DNA of 63,974 nt, filler included, from an uncultured bacterium (GCA_964372275.1; 5 parts of 5 records of this genome joined end to end with filler, not necessarily neighbours in it); one strand, 5' to 3'; shown: positions 9,306 to 18,820, counted from the whole stretch's first letter. Program-made: numbers and translations. The notes: generated by a model not told the origin, from the sequence alone.

Positions 9306-9624
9306 CGGTCAACTCCTGCACCTTCGCATTCGAGCTTCCGTCGATTTCGTCATGGTGAGACACCCTCGCGACAGCCGGGATGGTCAACTCCCGACAGGTA
9401 CGAGGGTCCCGTCGGTCGTCCGACGCCAGCTTCGGGTCGCGTCCGGTCAAGTGGTGTAGGAGTTCCGGGTCGTTCGGATGTTTGACCACGCGGCTTTCTG
9501 CCTGGGTTTGCGGAGCGCCATGGGCTCCTCGTCCAACCTCCACCGTTTCGCAGGGCGTTCGTCCGGAAATGGAATCGAAGAAGCAGGCCGCGCCTGCGCC
9601 ACTGTCGGACCAGACGCCCCGCCT

Positions 9625-9757
9625 GCCAGGCGGCAGCAGGAAGGCCTCGACGCCGCGCACGGTGTCGTCGATCTCCACCTGGATCCCGCCGTCGGAGAAG
9701 CGCTTTACCTCGGCGCGACCCAAGGAGATCCCCAAGGCGGCGGCTCATCGCGGCTAG
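9625..9757 (-). pseudogene. prs: ribose-phosphate pyrophosphokinase N-terminal remnant
   Basis: LGISLGRAEVKRFSDGGIQVEIDDTVRGVEAFLL matches the Prs N-terminus; frameshift in a G run; remainder of gene absent. Confidence 0.75.
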
Positions 9758-9805
9758 AATGGAGTCGACGCGCGCGGAACGGTCCGCCCGCCCGAGGGGG
9801 GAGAC

Positions 9806-11410
9806 GTGCGTAGAGTCCTGATCGGTGTCACCGGTCTTGTCGCCGGGTGCGGCGCGCCCGAGATCGCCTCGCGTGCGTCCACGGGACGCTCCGAGCCGAT
9901 GTGCGGGGACGCGGCGATCGAGAATCCGTTCCCTGCCACCTACGACCTGTTCGGGAGCGCGCTGGCCGCGCTCGACGGGCAGCTGGCGGTCGGCTCGGAG
10001 GGGGACGATCCCTCGGGCGACGCCGACGGGGGTTCGGTCTATCTCTTCGCCGGCACCAACCTCGTCTGGCATCGCGCCAACCCGGTTCTCGGGGAGGAGG
10101 GGTACTTCGGCGTCACGCTGGCCACGCTGGGCACGAAGCTGGCGGTCGGCGCCACCGGGGCCGATCCGGGAGAGATCGTCCGAGCAGGGTCGGTGCATCT
10201 GCTGCAGGGCAGCTCCGGCGCGGTGACGGTCACCTTCGCCAATCCCGATCCGGCGCCGATCGAGGATTTCGGCGAGCCGCTGGCCGCCTTCGACGGGAAT
10301 CTCCTGGTCGGCGTCTACCGCGACGGCGCCGACGGAGAGGCGGCGGGAAGGGTCTACCGGTTCGACAGCGAGACCGGAGCCCTCCTGCAGACGATCGCCA
10401 ACCCCTCCCCCGATCCGATCGATCTCTTCGGGTACGCCCTCGCGCAGGTGGGGGACTGGATCGCGGTCGGCGCCATCGGGGAGGACCCATTCGGGATCGA
10501 AAACGCCGGGACGGTCTTCCTCTTCGACACCGCGGGGAACCTCGTCCGCACGCTTCCCAACCCGGAGCCCGACGCCGGGGACGTCTTCGGCGCGACGATC
10601 GCCGTGCTCGGGACGCACCTTCTGGTGGCGGCGGTGAGCGACGCGGTGGAGGGGGTCGAGTACGCCGGCTCCGTCTTCGAGATCGACCCCCAGACCGGCG
10701 GGGTGGTGCGCCGACTGGTCAGTCCGCATCCGGGAGCGGGGGACCAGTTCGGAAGCGCGATCGCGGTGGTCGGCAACCACGTGGCGATCTCCGAGTCGGA
10801 GGACGGCTCGGGGATCGACGCCGGGACGGTGTTCCTTTTCGACGCCGCCAGCGGGGAGCTGGTCCTGGAGTTTCCCAATCCGGAGCCGGACGCGGGGGAT
10901 CTGTTCGGGTCGGCGGTGGTTCCGCTCGGGAACCGCCGTTTCGCCGCCGCGGCGAAGTGGGACTCGGTGGACGAGGCCTTCTACGCCGGCACGGTCTACC
11001 TGCTCTCGGCGAACCTCGATCCGGTGGCGGAGAACGCCGCGACGACCGTCGAGCGCAACGCCCAGGTCGCGATCGATCTCGCGGCCTCCGACCCGAACGG
11101 CGATGCGCTCACCTACGAGATCGTCGAGGCTCCGGCCTTCGGGACCCTCGCCGGCAGCGCGCCCCACCTCACCTACACGCCGGGTGGCGGGTTCACCGGG
11201 AAGGACGAGCTCCGTTTCAGGGTCGACGACGGCTGCGCGGTCTCCGAGCCGGCGACGGTGGCGATCCGGGTGATCGACGACGGCGGCGATGGCGGGAGTG
11301 GCGGCGGGTGCGGCTGCTCGCTCGGATCGCCTCGACCGGGACGCGGGTCGGCGATCACCGGCGCCGCTCTCCTCCTCGCGGTGGCAGGGCGTCGGCGGCG
11401 CAACGGCTGA
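9806..11410 (+). CDS. FG-GAP repeat beta-propeller + Ig-like domain + MYXO-CTERM-like anchor
   Basis: about 7 NPxP..DxFG..LA repeats; DPNGDALTY..LTYTP..DELRF domain; GGCGC...LLL..RRRR tail. Confidence 0.85.
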   Translation: MRRVLIGVTGLVAGCGAPEIASRASTGRSEPMCGDAAIENPFPATYDLFGSALAALDGQLAVGSEGDDPSGDADGGSVYLFAGTNLVWHRANPVLGEEGYFGVTLATLGTKLAVGATGADPGEIVRAGSVHLLQGSSGAVTVTFANPDPAPIEDFGEPLAAFDGNLLVGVYRDGADGEAAGRVYRFDSETGALLQTIANPSPDPIDLFGYALAQVGDWIAVGAIGEDPFGIENAGTVFLFDTAGNLVRTLPNPEPDAGDVFGATIAVLGTHLLVAAVSDAVEGVEYAGSVFEIDPQTGGVVRRLVSPHPGAGDQFGSAIAVVGNHVAISESEDGSGIDAGTVFLFDAASGELVLEFPNPEPDAGDLFGSAVVPLGNRRFAAAAKWDSVDEAFYAGTVYLLSANLDPVAENAATTVERNAQVAIDLAASDPNGDALTYEIVEAPAFGTLAGSAPHLTYTPGGGFTGKDELRFRVDDGCAVSEPATVAIRVIDDGGDGGSGGGCGCSLGSPRPGRGSAITGAALLLAVAGRRRRNG

Positions 11411-11533
11411 TCGGGAGAGGACGATGACCGCTCGAGCGTCGACCGCGGCTCGTGCAGCCCGCCTGGTGTACGTCGACTGCGTGGCCTCCTGTCGCCGACC
11501 GTCTTGGGCCCTGGGTGATACCATCGACCCCGG

Positions 11534-12553
11534 ATGCGCGTCGGGATTCCCATGACGTTCGTCGTGGCGATGATCGGGTTCGGGAGCGCCGCCGACGCCG
11601 TCGCCGCCCCTTCGTGCCTCTCCGCGGCGAAGGACCTCCTGCGCGATCGAGACCCGAGCGGGGCGCGCGTGGTCGAACAGCTTCGGGACCCGATGGTTTT
11701 CGAGAGGTTCCTGGTTTGCTCCCTTCCCGGCTACAACGTCGGGGGGGCGATCCACGAATCCGTTCACATGCTGGACTTCGAGCGTTCGACGCCCGGATCC
11801 CAGGCGTTCGTGCTCGCGGAGGGTGAGGTGCTCACCGCCCCGCGGAGAAGACGGTTTCCGCGCTCGGAGATCCTGACCTACATCCCACGCGCCGATCGCG
11901 ATCTGTACGTCGGGGACTACCTGACCGATCCGGAGGGCTCGACGCAGGGTCTCGAAAGTCTGCTTCTGGAGCTGAACGCATACACGCAGGGTGCGGCGAC
12001 GGACGCACGGATCGCCGGCAAGTTTCCGCCCGGGTTCTCGCTCGCCAGTCGAGACGGGATCGTCACCTTCCTGATCTACGTCGAGCTCTATGTCCGACGC
12101 GCGCGAGAGGCGCACCCGGAACAGTGGCTCCAGATGACGCGGGATCCGGCGCTTCTCGAATCGATGCAGCGACTGTGGTCACGCGCGGAGGCGGTCCTGA
12201 GCCGCTCGGCGGGGGACGTCCGCCTCGGACACAACGACCGGGACCTGCTTCGAATCTGTTACGCCACGGAAAACATCTCCGAGATGGAGAGGCTGTACGC
12301 GGGTGCGGCGCTTTCGTTCGCCTCCCGCGCGCCCCCGCGCGGGAACGCCGCGACCGGCGGCGCGATGAGGCGCGACCCGGCGGCCCGAGGAGGGACGGGC
12401 ATCGCACCGGCCGGCACGCGAGCCACGAGTCACCCGGCGACGCTCCGGGACCTGGAGGCCCTTCTCGAGCAACATCCGGAGTTGCGCGACGACGCGGGCT
12501 TCATGGGCGTCTTGCGCGAAATGCGGAAGCGGCAAGCGCCAGCGGATCGTTGA
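11534..12553 (+). CDS. secreted hypothetical protein, putative zinc metallopeptidase
   Basis: signal peptide; IHESVH (HExxH) and downstream ELNAY. Confidence 0.65.
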   Translation: MRVGIPMTFVVAMIGFGSAADAVAAPSCLSAAKDLLRDRDPSGARVVEQLRDPMVFERFLVCSLPGYNVGGAIHESVHMLDFERSTPGSQAFVLAEGEVLTAPRRRRFPRSEILTYIPRADRDLYVGDYLTDPEGSTQGLESLLLELNAYTQGAATDARIAGKFPPGFSLASRDGIVTFLIYVELYVRRAREAHPEQWLQMTRDPALLESMQRLWSRAEAVLSRSAGDVRLGHNDRDLLRICYATENISEMERLYAGAALSFASRAPPRGNAATGGAMRRDPAARGGTGIAPAGTRATSHPATLRDLEALLEQHPELRDDAGFMGVLREMRKRQAPADR

Positions 12554-12566
12554 TCGGAGGGGCGAC

Positions 12567-14711
12567 GTGCGCACGGGGTGGAAGGTCGTACCGGCGATTG
12601 CGCTCCTCCTCGGTGCCGTCTGGATCGTGCGATTTCGTACGGACTCCGTGGCCGGCGCCAGCCGCACCGTCGCGGCCGAGGAGCGTCGGCCATGGTTCTT
12701 CCCCGGGCTTTCCTCCTCCGCCGCGACCGAGTCTGCGGCGTCCGAGCCCGAGGGCGCGGCCGCCAGGCGCGAGATCCATGGATCGGTGCTCGATGCCGTG
12801 ACCGGAGCCCCGGTTCCGGCGGAAGTTCGGTTGCTTCGCGGGGAACGGATCGTCGACGCGGTCTGGACCGACGACGGCGGGACGTTCGCGTTTCCACCGA
12901 CCGCCGAGCGCATCGTGCGAATCGCCGCCAAGGCCGACGGCCATTCGATCGCCATGCAATGGATCGGAACCCAGGACCGCTACGAGCTTCGCCTCGATCG
13001 GGCGGCGCGGGTCTCCGGTCGGGTCGTCGACGGGCGGAACGACGGGGTCGCCGGAGCCTGGGTCGTGGCCTACGACGTGGACGGCTACGTCGAGCCGTAC
13101 CCGCAGAGCGAGAAGGTCGAGACCGGCCCCGACGGCTCGTTCGAGATCGCGGACAGTCCGTCCGGCGAAATCGAGGTCGCCGCCTCGAAGGAGGGATTCC
13201 GACGGGACACGCACCGGATCGGTCCGCTCGGCCCTGGACGAACGGAGGCCGGGATCACGCTGACCCTGCTGCCGGGCGGCTCGATCGCCGGCCGGGTCAC
13301 CGCCGCCGGCCGCGCGGTTCCGGGGGCCTTTGTACGCGCCTACCTGGAAGCGACGATTGGCGGCGACGAGCCGCTGCGTCCCCGCCAGACGACCTCCGAC
13401 GGAGACGGCAGGTTCGGGATCGCCGACCTCGAGCCCGGCCCGTGGACCGTGCTGGTCCACGATCGCGTCGAAGGGACGGCGGCCGTCCGCCTCGAGGTCG
13501 CCGCCGGGGCCGACGCGAACCGGGAGATCGCGCTGCAGCCGGCGGGCATCGTCGAAGGGCGGGTCCTCTCGGCGGCGGGGGAGCCGGTCGCCGACGCGGA
13601 GGTCTCACTCTTTCCCGCGGGAAACGCCGTCTTCGAGTCGTCCCGTTATCCGGACGAAGCGATTGCGATCCTCGGGCGGTACCGTACGACGCTGCAGATG
13701 CGGACCGACGCCGACGGTCGGTTCGCCTTCCGGAACGTCCTGAGCGTGCGGGCGCGCCTGCACCTGGAACGGCCGTTCGGCCCGAGCCGATCACGCCGGA
13801 TCCGAGCGGATGTCGAGGTTCCGGCTCGCGACCTGCTGCTCCGGTTCGCCTCCGACGACACGGGGGAGACGATCGACGGGCGGGTCGTCGACCGCAACGG
13901 CTCGGTCTGGACCGGAAACGGCAACGTCGGGATCGAGGGCCCGATGCGGATGTCGGTCCCCGTGAAGTCGGGCGCCTTCGAGATCGTCGGCGCAGAGTCG
14001 GGCGACTACCGGGTGACGTTCCGGGGCGATGACGCGAGCGACAGCGATCCGGCCGGGCTCGCCATCGTTCCCGGACGCTCGGCGTCGATCACCCTGGTGC
14101 GGCGCGCACCGGGCGTGGCGAAGGGCCGCCTGGTGGCGGCAGGCCGACCCGTCGCCGGCGCCCACGTCGGGATCGCCCGGGAGGATCGCTGGGGAAGCGT
14201 CTTCGAAGCCTCGCTGGAAAAGACGAACGCCGCGCGCTCGGACCCGAACGGTCGGTTCTCGGTCCCGGTGCCCGCCGGCGGGGCCACCCTCTACGCCTAC
14301 CATCCCGAGTTCCGGCCTTGGGTCCGCCGCGACGTGCGGGTCGAGGCCGACAGCGTGCGCGACCTGGGCGCCCTCGAGCTGGCGCCCGGCCGCGGAACGA
14401 CCCGTGCCTCGCTGCGAGGCGATGTCGGTTTCGCCCTGCGCCTCGAACGAGACCGGTTCCTCGTCTCCGAGTGGGGCTTCGACCCGACAGGCCCCGGCTC
14501 CATCGCCGGAATCGCGATCGGAGAGGAGATTCGATCCCTGGACGAGATCGCGCTCGATGGACTCTCGGAGGAGGCCGCGAACGAGCGTCTCGACGGTGAA
14601 CCCGACACGATGGTGACCGTCGAGATCGACTCCACTCCGCCACGACAGGTCGCGCTGCGCCGGCGGGAAAAGCCGACGATCCGGTACCAGGTCATCCGCT
14701 CGACCGATTGA
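12567..14711 (+). CDS. carboxypeptidase-regulatory-like domain repeat protein with C-terminal PDZ-like domain
   Basis: repeated GRV..G.PVAGA.V...TD.DG.F units; GIAIGEEIRSLD...GEPDTMVTV at C-terminus. Confidence 0.8.
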   Translation: MRTGWKVVPAIALLLGAVWIVRFRTDSVAGASRTVAAEERRPWFFPGLSSSAATESAASEPEGAAARREIHGSVLDAVTGAPVPAEVRLLRGERIVDAVWTDDGGTFAFPPTAERIVRIAAKADGHSIAMQWIGTQDRYELRLDRAARVSGRVVDGRNDGVAGAWVVAYDVDGYVEPYPQSEKVETGPDGSFEIADSPSGEIEVAASKEGFRRDTHRIGPLGPGRTEAGITLTLLPGGSIAGRVTAAGRAVPGAFVRAYLEATIGGDEPLRPRQTTSDGDGRFGIADLEPGPWTVLVHDRVEGTAAVRLEVAAGADANREIALQPAGIVEGRVLSAAGEPVADAEVSLFPAGNAVFESSRYPDEAIAILGRYRTTLQMRTDADGRFAFRNVLSVRARLHLERPFGPSRSRRIRADVEVPARDLLLRFASDDTGETIDGRVVDRNGSVWTGNGNVGIEGPMRMSVPVKSGAFEIVGAESGDYRVTFRGDDASDSDPAGLAIVPGRSASITLVRRAPGVAKGRLVAAGRPVAGAHVGIAREDRWGSVFEASLEKTNAARSDPNGRFSVPVPAGGATLYAYHPEFRPWVRRDVRVEADSVRDLGALELAPGRGTTRASLRGDVGFALRLERDRFLVSEWGFDPTGPGSIAGIAIGEEIRSLDEIALDGLSEEAANERLDGEPDTMVTVEIDSTPPRQVALRRREKPTIRYQVIRSTD

Positions 14712-14804
14712 GCTCCGGCGAAGGTGCCGGTCTCGCTCCTCGCCGGCCGTGCGTGAGCACCCCGCATCGTCCGCGCCTGCGCAGGCGAGGAGACGGTCGA
14801 CCCA

Positions 14805-15227
14805 TCAGCGGGGACTTCCGGCCCCTCGGCTGTCGGACGAACCCTGCCTTGGCGAGGAGCACCCGCACGTGTCCGCGTCTCGCTCGACGTTCGAACCGTT
14901 TCCCCTCACGTGAAGCGCATCGGCGCCGTTGAGTATGTCGAGGAGGCGTCGGTAGTAGTCCCGGGCTTCGGGCGTGCCGCGTACCGCCAGCCGGTCCATG
15001 AGAAAGAGCCTGACCACGTCGCGATCGCTCTGGGACAGCACCGCTATCGTTTCCGTGAAACGCGCGAGAAACGAATCCGATGCCGACGAGGCGGACGGCG
15101 GCGAATAGGGGCGAAGCTCGCCGGGATTGGCGAAACGCGGATCACCCCCCGGGGGCAGGTATGGGAGGAGCTCGCCGGAGTGTGATGCGCCGGACCTCGC
15201 ATCCGTGGGGTCGTACGGTTGAAGCTC
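14805..15227 (-). CDS. hypothetical protein, 5' truncated at contig end
   Basis: frame stays open to contig end; repeated ELQPY/ELLPY/ELRPY motif. Confidence 0.4.
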   Translation of the reverse strand, partial: ELQPYDPTDARSGASHSGELLPYLPPGGDPRFANPGELRPYSPPSASSASDSFLARFTETIAVLSQSDRDVVRLFLMDRLAVRGTPEARDYYRRLLDILNGADALHVRGNGSNVERDADTCGCSSPRQGSSDSRGAGSPR

Positions 15228-15327
15228 NNNNNNNNNNNNNNNNNNNNNNNNNNNNNNNNNNNNNNNNNNNNTTAATTAATTAANNNNNNNNNNNNNNNNN
15301 NNNNNNNNNNNNNNNNNNNNNNNNNNN
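15228..15327. other. artificial contig linker
   Basis: N-run with TTAATTAATTAA (stops in all frames). Confidence 0.98.
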
Positions 15328-15399
15328 GGCGGCTACGCCTGGGGCGAGGAGCGAAAGCGCGCCATGCTCGCCGTCGAGCTCGCCCGCCGGACCGCCTGA
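15328..15399 (+). CDS. methylated-DNA-protein-cysteine methyltransferase (Ogt/Ada), C-terminal fragment
   Basis: GGYAWGEERKRAML resembles the GGYRWG.ERK..LL C-terminus. Confidence 0.7.
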   Translation, partial: GGYAWGEERKRAMLAVELARRTA

Positions 15400-15496
15400 C
15401 GCTTAGGTCAGGCTTGCTTCAGCGCGCCGTTCCCCAGTGGGCCGCTGAACCGTCGCGGGCTACCCGGTCCCGCCTCGGCCGTCCGGATTGCGCGAT

Positions 15497-15506
15497 TTGC
15501 TAGCAA
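15497..15506. promoter_or_regulatory. palindrome TTGCTAGCAA, candidate TA operator
   Basis: perfect 10-bp palindrome just upstream of the antitoxin start. Confidence 0.5.
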
Positions 15507-15522
15507 TTGATAGGTTTTGATC

Positions 15523-15747
15523 ATGAGCTCCGCGGAAACCGTTCAGTTGGCCACCCGGCTGGACCGTCGCCTCAAGCGGGCGGTGGAGGAGGTCTGCCGC
15601 GCGCGTGGGCTGAAGTTGAGCCGGTTCATCGCCGACGCCCTCCTCGACAAGCTCGAGGAGCTGGAGGACGTGGAGGATCTCAAGAAGATCCGATTCGAGC
15701 GGCGGCGACCGCTGGCCGACGTGCTGCGGGACCTCGGCGCCAAGTGA
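15523..15747 (+). CDS. RHH/CopG-like antitoxin
   Basis: small protein, RHH-like N-terminus, acidic middle; GTGA overlap with toxin. Confidence 0.8.
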   Translation: MSSAETVQLATRLDRRLKRAVEEVCRARGLKLSRFIADALLDKLEELEDVEDLKKIRFERRRPLADVLRDLGAK

Positions 15748-16004
15748 CTCGGTACCGGGTCGAAGTGTCGGCTACCGCGGAGCGGCAGCTGCGGGACCTT
15801 CCTCGTTCCGAGCTTCCCCGGATCGTACGGGTCATGAGGCGCCTCGCGGACGAGCCTCGTCCGCCGGGTTGCCGGAAGCTCGCGGGCTACGATTCCGTCT
15901 ACCGGGTTCGGGTCGGGGTCTATCGCATCCTCTACGAAATCGAGGATCGGCGGGTGACGGTGATCGTCCTCAAGATCGGCCACCGCAAGGACGTCTATCG
16001 TTAG
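15744..16004 (+). CDS. relE: RelE/ParE family toxin
   Basis: PRPPGCRKLAG, YRVRVGVYRILYEI, IGHRKDVYR. Confidence 0.92.
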   Translation: MTRYRVEVSATAERQLRDLPRSELPRIVRVMRRLADEPRPPGCRKLAGYDSVYRVRVGVYRILYEIEDRRVTVIVLKIGHRKDVYR

Positions 16005-16060
16005 GGCATGGCGGTGTCCGCGCGGCGCGGGGGCGGTAGGCGTCACGAACGACGCGGTCG

Positions 16061-17608
16061 CTACCCGCCGGCGGTGACGCCGGTCCAGACCTGGAAGCGG
16101 TGGCCGGGGCCTTCGTCGTCGGCGTAGAAGATGGCGTAGGTGGCCATGCGCGAGGCGGCGAACGATCGGCCGTCGCGGCAGCGGCGGATCAGTTGGCGCC
16201 AGGTTCCGGTGTCGATGGCGAAGATGTCGCGGCCGTCGGCGGCGATGCTCTTCACCGGCTCCACGCCGGGGTTGTGGGTGTGTCCCGAGACGAGGAAGGA
16301 GAGGAACCGCTCGTCCGACCGGTCGACCTCGCCGTCCAGGGACAGCTCGACCTTCAGCGTCCGTTCCAGGTCGGGGAGCGCGCTCGGTCCGAGCCGTCCG
16401 GCATCGCGGTCGGCGGTGGCCGCCATCAGCAGCATGCGGATGATCGACGCGCTGCCGATCGTGAGCCGGCCCAGCGCGCGAAGCGAAGGGCGGGAGAGCG
16501 CCGAACGGAGCATCTCCATCCGGTCGGCCCCCTTCTTGTCGTGGCGGCCCATCCAGTCGCCGAGGAAGGGGTTCTTCGCGAGCTCCAGCACCATCGAGGC
16601 GAGCAGCGGCGAGATCTTGTCCTTCCAGACCTTCTTCCCGCTGCGCCGGGCGGCGATCCCACGCGCGCCGTCCTCGACCGAGGTGGTCAGCCAGTCGACG
16701 ATCGCCCCCAGCGGACGCAGGTCGTCGACCTCGCGGATGCGTCGGTAGAGGCGACCGTCCTCGTGCGCGGGGTCGGCGGCGTCGGGGTACGCGTCGTAGA
16801 ACAGGCGCGGGAGGCGGCAGGCGACGTCGACCGTGATCAGGTCTCCGATGGTGGCCCGGTCGTAGAGATCCTCGGTCAGGACCGACCGTGGACGCCCGAG
16901 GAAGAACTCGCAGTTGTGGGCATCGTATTCGTGTCCGTGGCGGACCGTGACGCCGTGCTTCGGGTCGACCAGCCGGTGCGGGAAGCGCCACGCGCCGGCG
17001 CGTGCGTGTTCGGCGCGCGGGGCCGGGATTCCGAGCAGCTCTCGGACCGCGCGCGCGGCGGTCGGCGAGAGGTTCACCAACCGGTCGTGGTTCCCGGGGA
17101 GGTAGTGGAAGCGGACCGGCACCGGGAAGCGGTACCGATCGGGCTCCCGCCAGGCGTCGCGGATCGCCTCCATCGCCGGCGTGAGCGCGCGCAGCACCCC
17201 CGCCGCCGGCTCGGTCCCGCCGGCGGCGGGCTTCTGGGCCAGCGCGCCGCCGTCCCGGTGGACGATCCCGCCCAGGATGCGCGCCACCAGCGCGTCGAGG
17301 GCGCGATCCTCCGGGACGCGCAGATTGAGCGGCGTCGACACGCCGTAGGGGCGCAAACCCTCCGGATTCCCCTGCTCCGGATCGCGCGAGAACCATCGCT
17401 CCGACCGGTGCAGCTCGAAGACGTCGCCGGCCAGCACGAACGTCACGTCCCGGACCTTCCGTCCCGCGCGGAGGTCGTCTTCGATCCGGCGCGCCATGCC
17501 GGTGAAGAAGCGGTCGAGGCTGTCGGCCGGGACGTTGGGATCGACGCGCACCCCTTCCGGCTCCAGGCGCGTGTCCTGAAAATGCAGATCGGAGAGGACG
17601 ACGATCAC
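16061..17608 (-). CDS. calcineurin-like metallophosphoesterase
   Basis: SDLH, AGDVFE, PGNHD, HGH, GHTH motifs; GTG overlaps upstream stop. Confidence 0.85.
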   Translation of the reverse strand: MIVVLSDLHFQDTRLEPEGVRVDPNVPADSLDRFFTGMARRIEDDLRAGRKVRDVTFVLAGDVFELHRSERWFSRDPEQGNPEGLRPYGVSTPLNLRVPEDRALDALVARILGGIVHRDGGALAQKPAAGGTEPAAGVLRALTPAMEAIRDAWREPDRYRFPVPVRFHYLPGNHDRLVNLSPTAARAVRELLGIPAPRAEHARAGAWRFPHRLVDPKHGVTVRHGHEYDAHNCEFFLGRPRSVLTEDLYDRATIGDLITVDVACRLPRLFYDAYPDAADPAHEDGRLYRRIREVDDLRPLGAIVDWLTTSVEDGARGIAARRSGKKVWKDKISPLLASMVLELAKNPFLGDWMGRHDKKGADRMEMLRSALSRPSLRALGRLTIGSASIIRMLLMAATADRDAGRLGPSALPDLERTLKVELSLDGEVDRSDERFLSFLVSGHTHNPGVEPVKSIAADGRDIFAIDTGTWRQLIRRCRDGRSFAASRMATYAIFYADDEGPGHRFQVWTGVTAGG

Positions 17609-18798
17609 GGGGTGGGGGCGGCGCCGTCCGCGTCGGTCTTCCGGAAGAGGAGTCGGCCCGACGGTCCGTCGATCTCCACCTTGAATCGCTGGAGGAAGTT
17701 CAGGCCGAGCAGCCCGTCGATCAGTCCGTCTCCGCACGTATCGCAGATGGCGACGGTGATCTTCTCCACGTACGCGTCGCGGATGCGGAGCGATTTCACC
17801 TGCACCAAGGCCGCGTCGATCTCGCCGGAGGCCGCGCGGAATCGCACCCGCGGGCGCTTCTCTACGTCCTCGATCCCGAGCTCACGGGCCAGCGCGGAGG
17901 TGATCGTGGTGTAGGAGGCGCCGGTGTCGACCAGGAACGCCGCCGGGACCTTCTCGTCGAGAAGCCCTTTGACCGGGATCGTCCCGCCCCAGGGCCGGAA
18001 GCGGACTTCGACCGCTTCGTCGGGAAGGCGGGGGACCGAGGAGTCCGATTCGCGGCGAAGTCGTGCGATGCGCTGGCGCACCTCGTGGTCGTCGTACGTT
18101 CCGGCGGCGTCGGCCATCGCGGCGCTCAGCACCTCGGCGGCGGCGAACTTCCGTCCCAGCCGTTCCAACACCCTCGCCAGGTCGTGCGCCGTCTCCGACC
18201 GTTCCCGCGCCGTCGACGCGAGCTCCAGCGCGCGGCGCATCGGACCTTCGGCCTCCCCCGGATCGCCGCGGCGCTCGAGCGCCAGGCCCAGCGTACGGTG
18301 CGCGTCGTAGGAGGCCGGGTCGATCATCACCGCGTTCCGGAGGTGGTAGACGGCGCGCTCCAGGTCGAGGACGTCGTAGTAGAGGAGTCCGAGATTCACG
18401 TGCGCGAGGACGTTCTGCGGATCGACCCCCAGCGCTCCGCGATAGGCCTTCGCCGCCGCCAGCGGCCTACCGGCCGAACGGTAGAGGGCCGCGAGACGGA
18501 CCAACGCGGCGGCGTCGTTGGGATTGTGCGTCAGTCTCGCCCGGGCCTCGCGGATCGAGGCGGCGTGCGAGCCGAAGCGGACGACGTCCAGTCCGATCAC
18601 CGCCAGGGTGAGGACGGCGAGGCCGAGAGCGAGCGCGACTCCGTTCCAGAGCACGCGCCCGCGCCGGACCCGCCCCGCTTCGCACTGGATGCAGAGGATC
18701 CGGTGCCCGCCGATCGTCCAGCAGTCGGCGCACAGCGTCGCGGCGCACCGCTGGCAGACGGCGACCGCTTCGGCGTCGGGATGTCGGCGGCAGTGGAT
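17605..18798 (-). CDS. B-box-like zinc finger + TM + TPR + retropepsin-like aspartic protease
   Basis: CRRH...CQRC...CADC...CIQC in frame upstream of the GTG at 18654; TPRs; FLVDTGAS and GLLGLNFL; proposed ATC start at 18798 after GGAGGG. Confidence 0.8.
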   Translation of the reverse strand: MHCRRHPDAEAVAVCQRCAATLCADCWTIGGHRILCIQCEAGRVRRGRVLWNGVALALGLAVLTLAVIGLDVVRFGSHAASIREARARLTHNPNDAAALVRLAALYRSAGRPLAAAKAYRGALGVDPQNVLAHVNLGLLYYDVLDLERAVYHLRNAVMIDPASYDAHRTLGLALERRGDPGEAEGPMRRALELASTARERSETAHDLARVLERLGRKFAAAEVLSAAMADAAGTYDDHEVRQRIARLRRESDSSVPRLPDEAVEVRFRPWGGTIPVKGLLDEKVPAAFLVDTGASYTTITSALARELGIEDVEKRPRVRFRAASGEIDAALVQVKSLRIRDAYVEKITVAICDTCGDGLIDGLLGLNFLQRFKVEIDGPSGRLLFRKTDADGAAPTP

Positions 18799-18820
18799 GC
18801 GGATACCCTCCGATGGCGAA

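Noticed and set aside
9238-9735. 165-aa ORF as a functional prs
   Set aside because: Only the first ~35 residues resemble Prs; the rest is non-coding-like.
15228-15327. TTAATTAATTAA within N-runs (four times) as a biological repeat
   Set aside because: Artificial six-frame-stop contig spacer; adjacency across it is meaningless.
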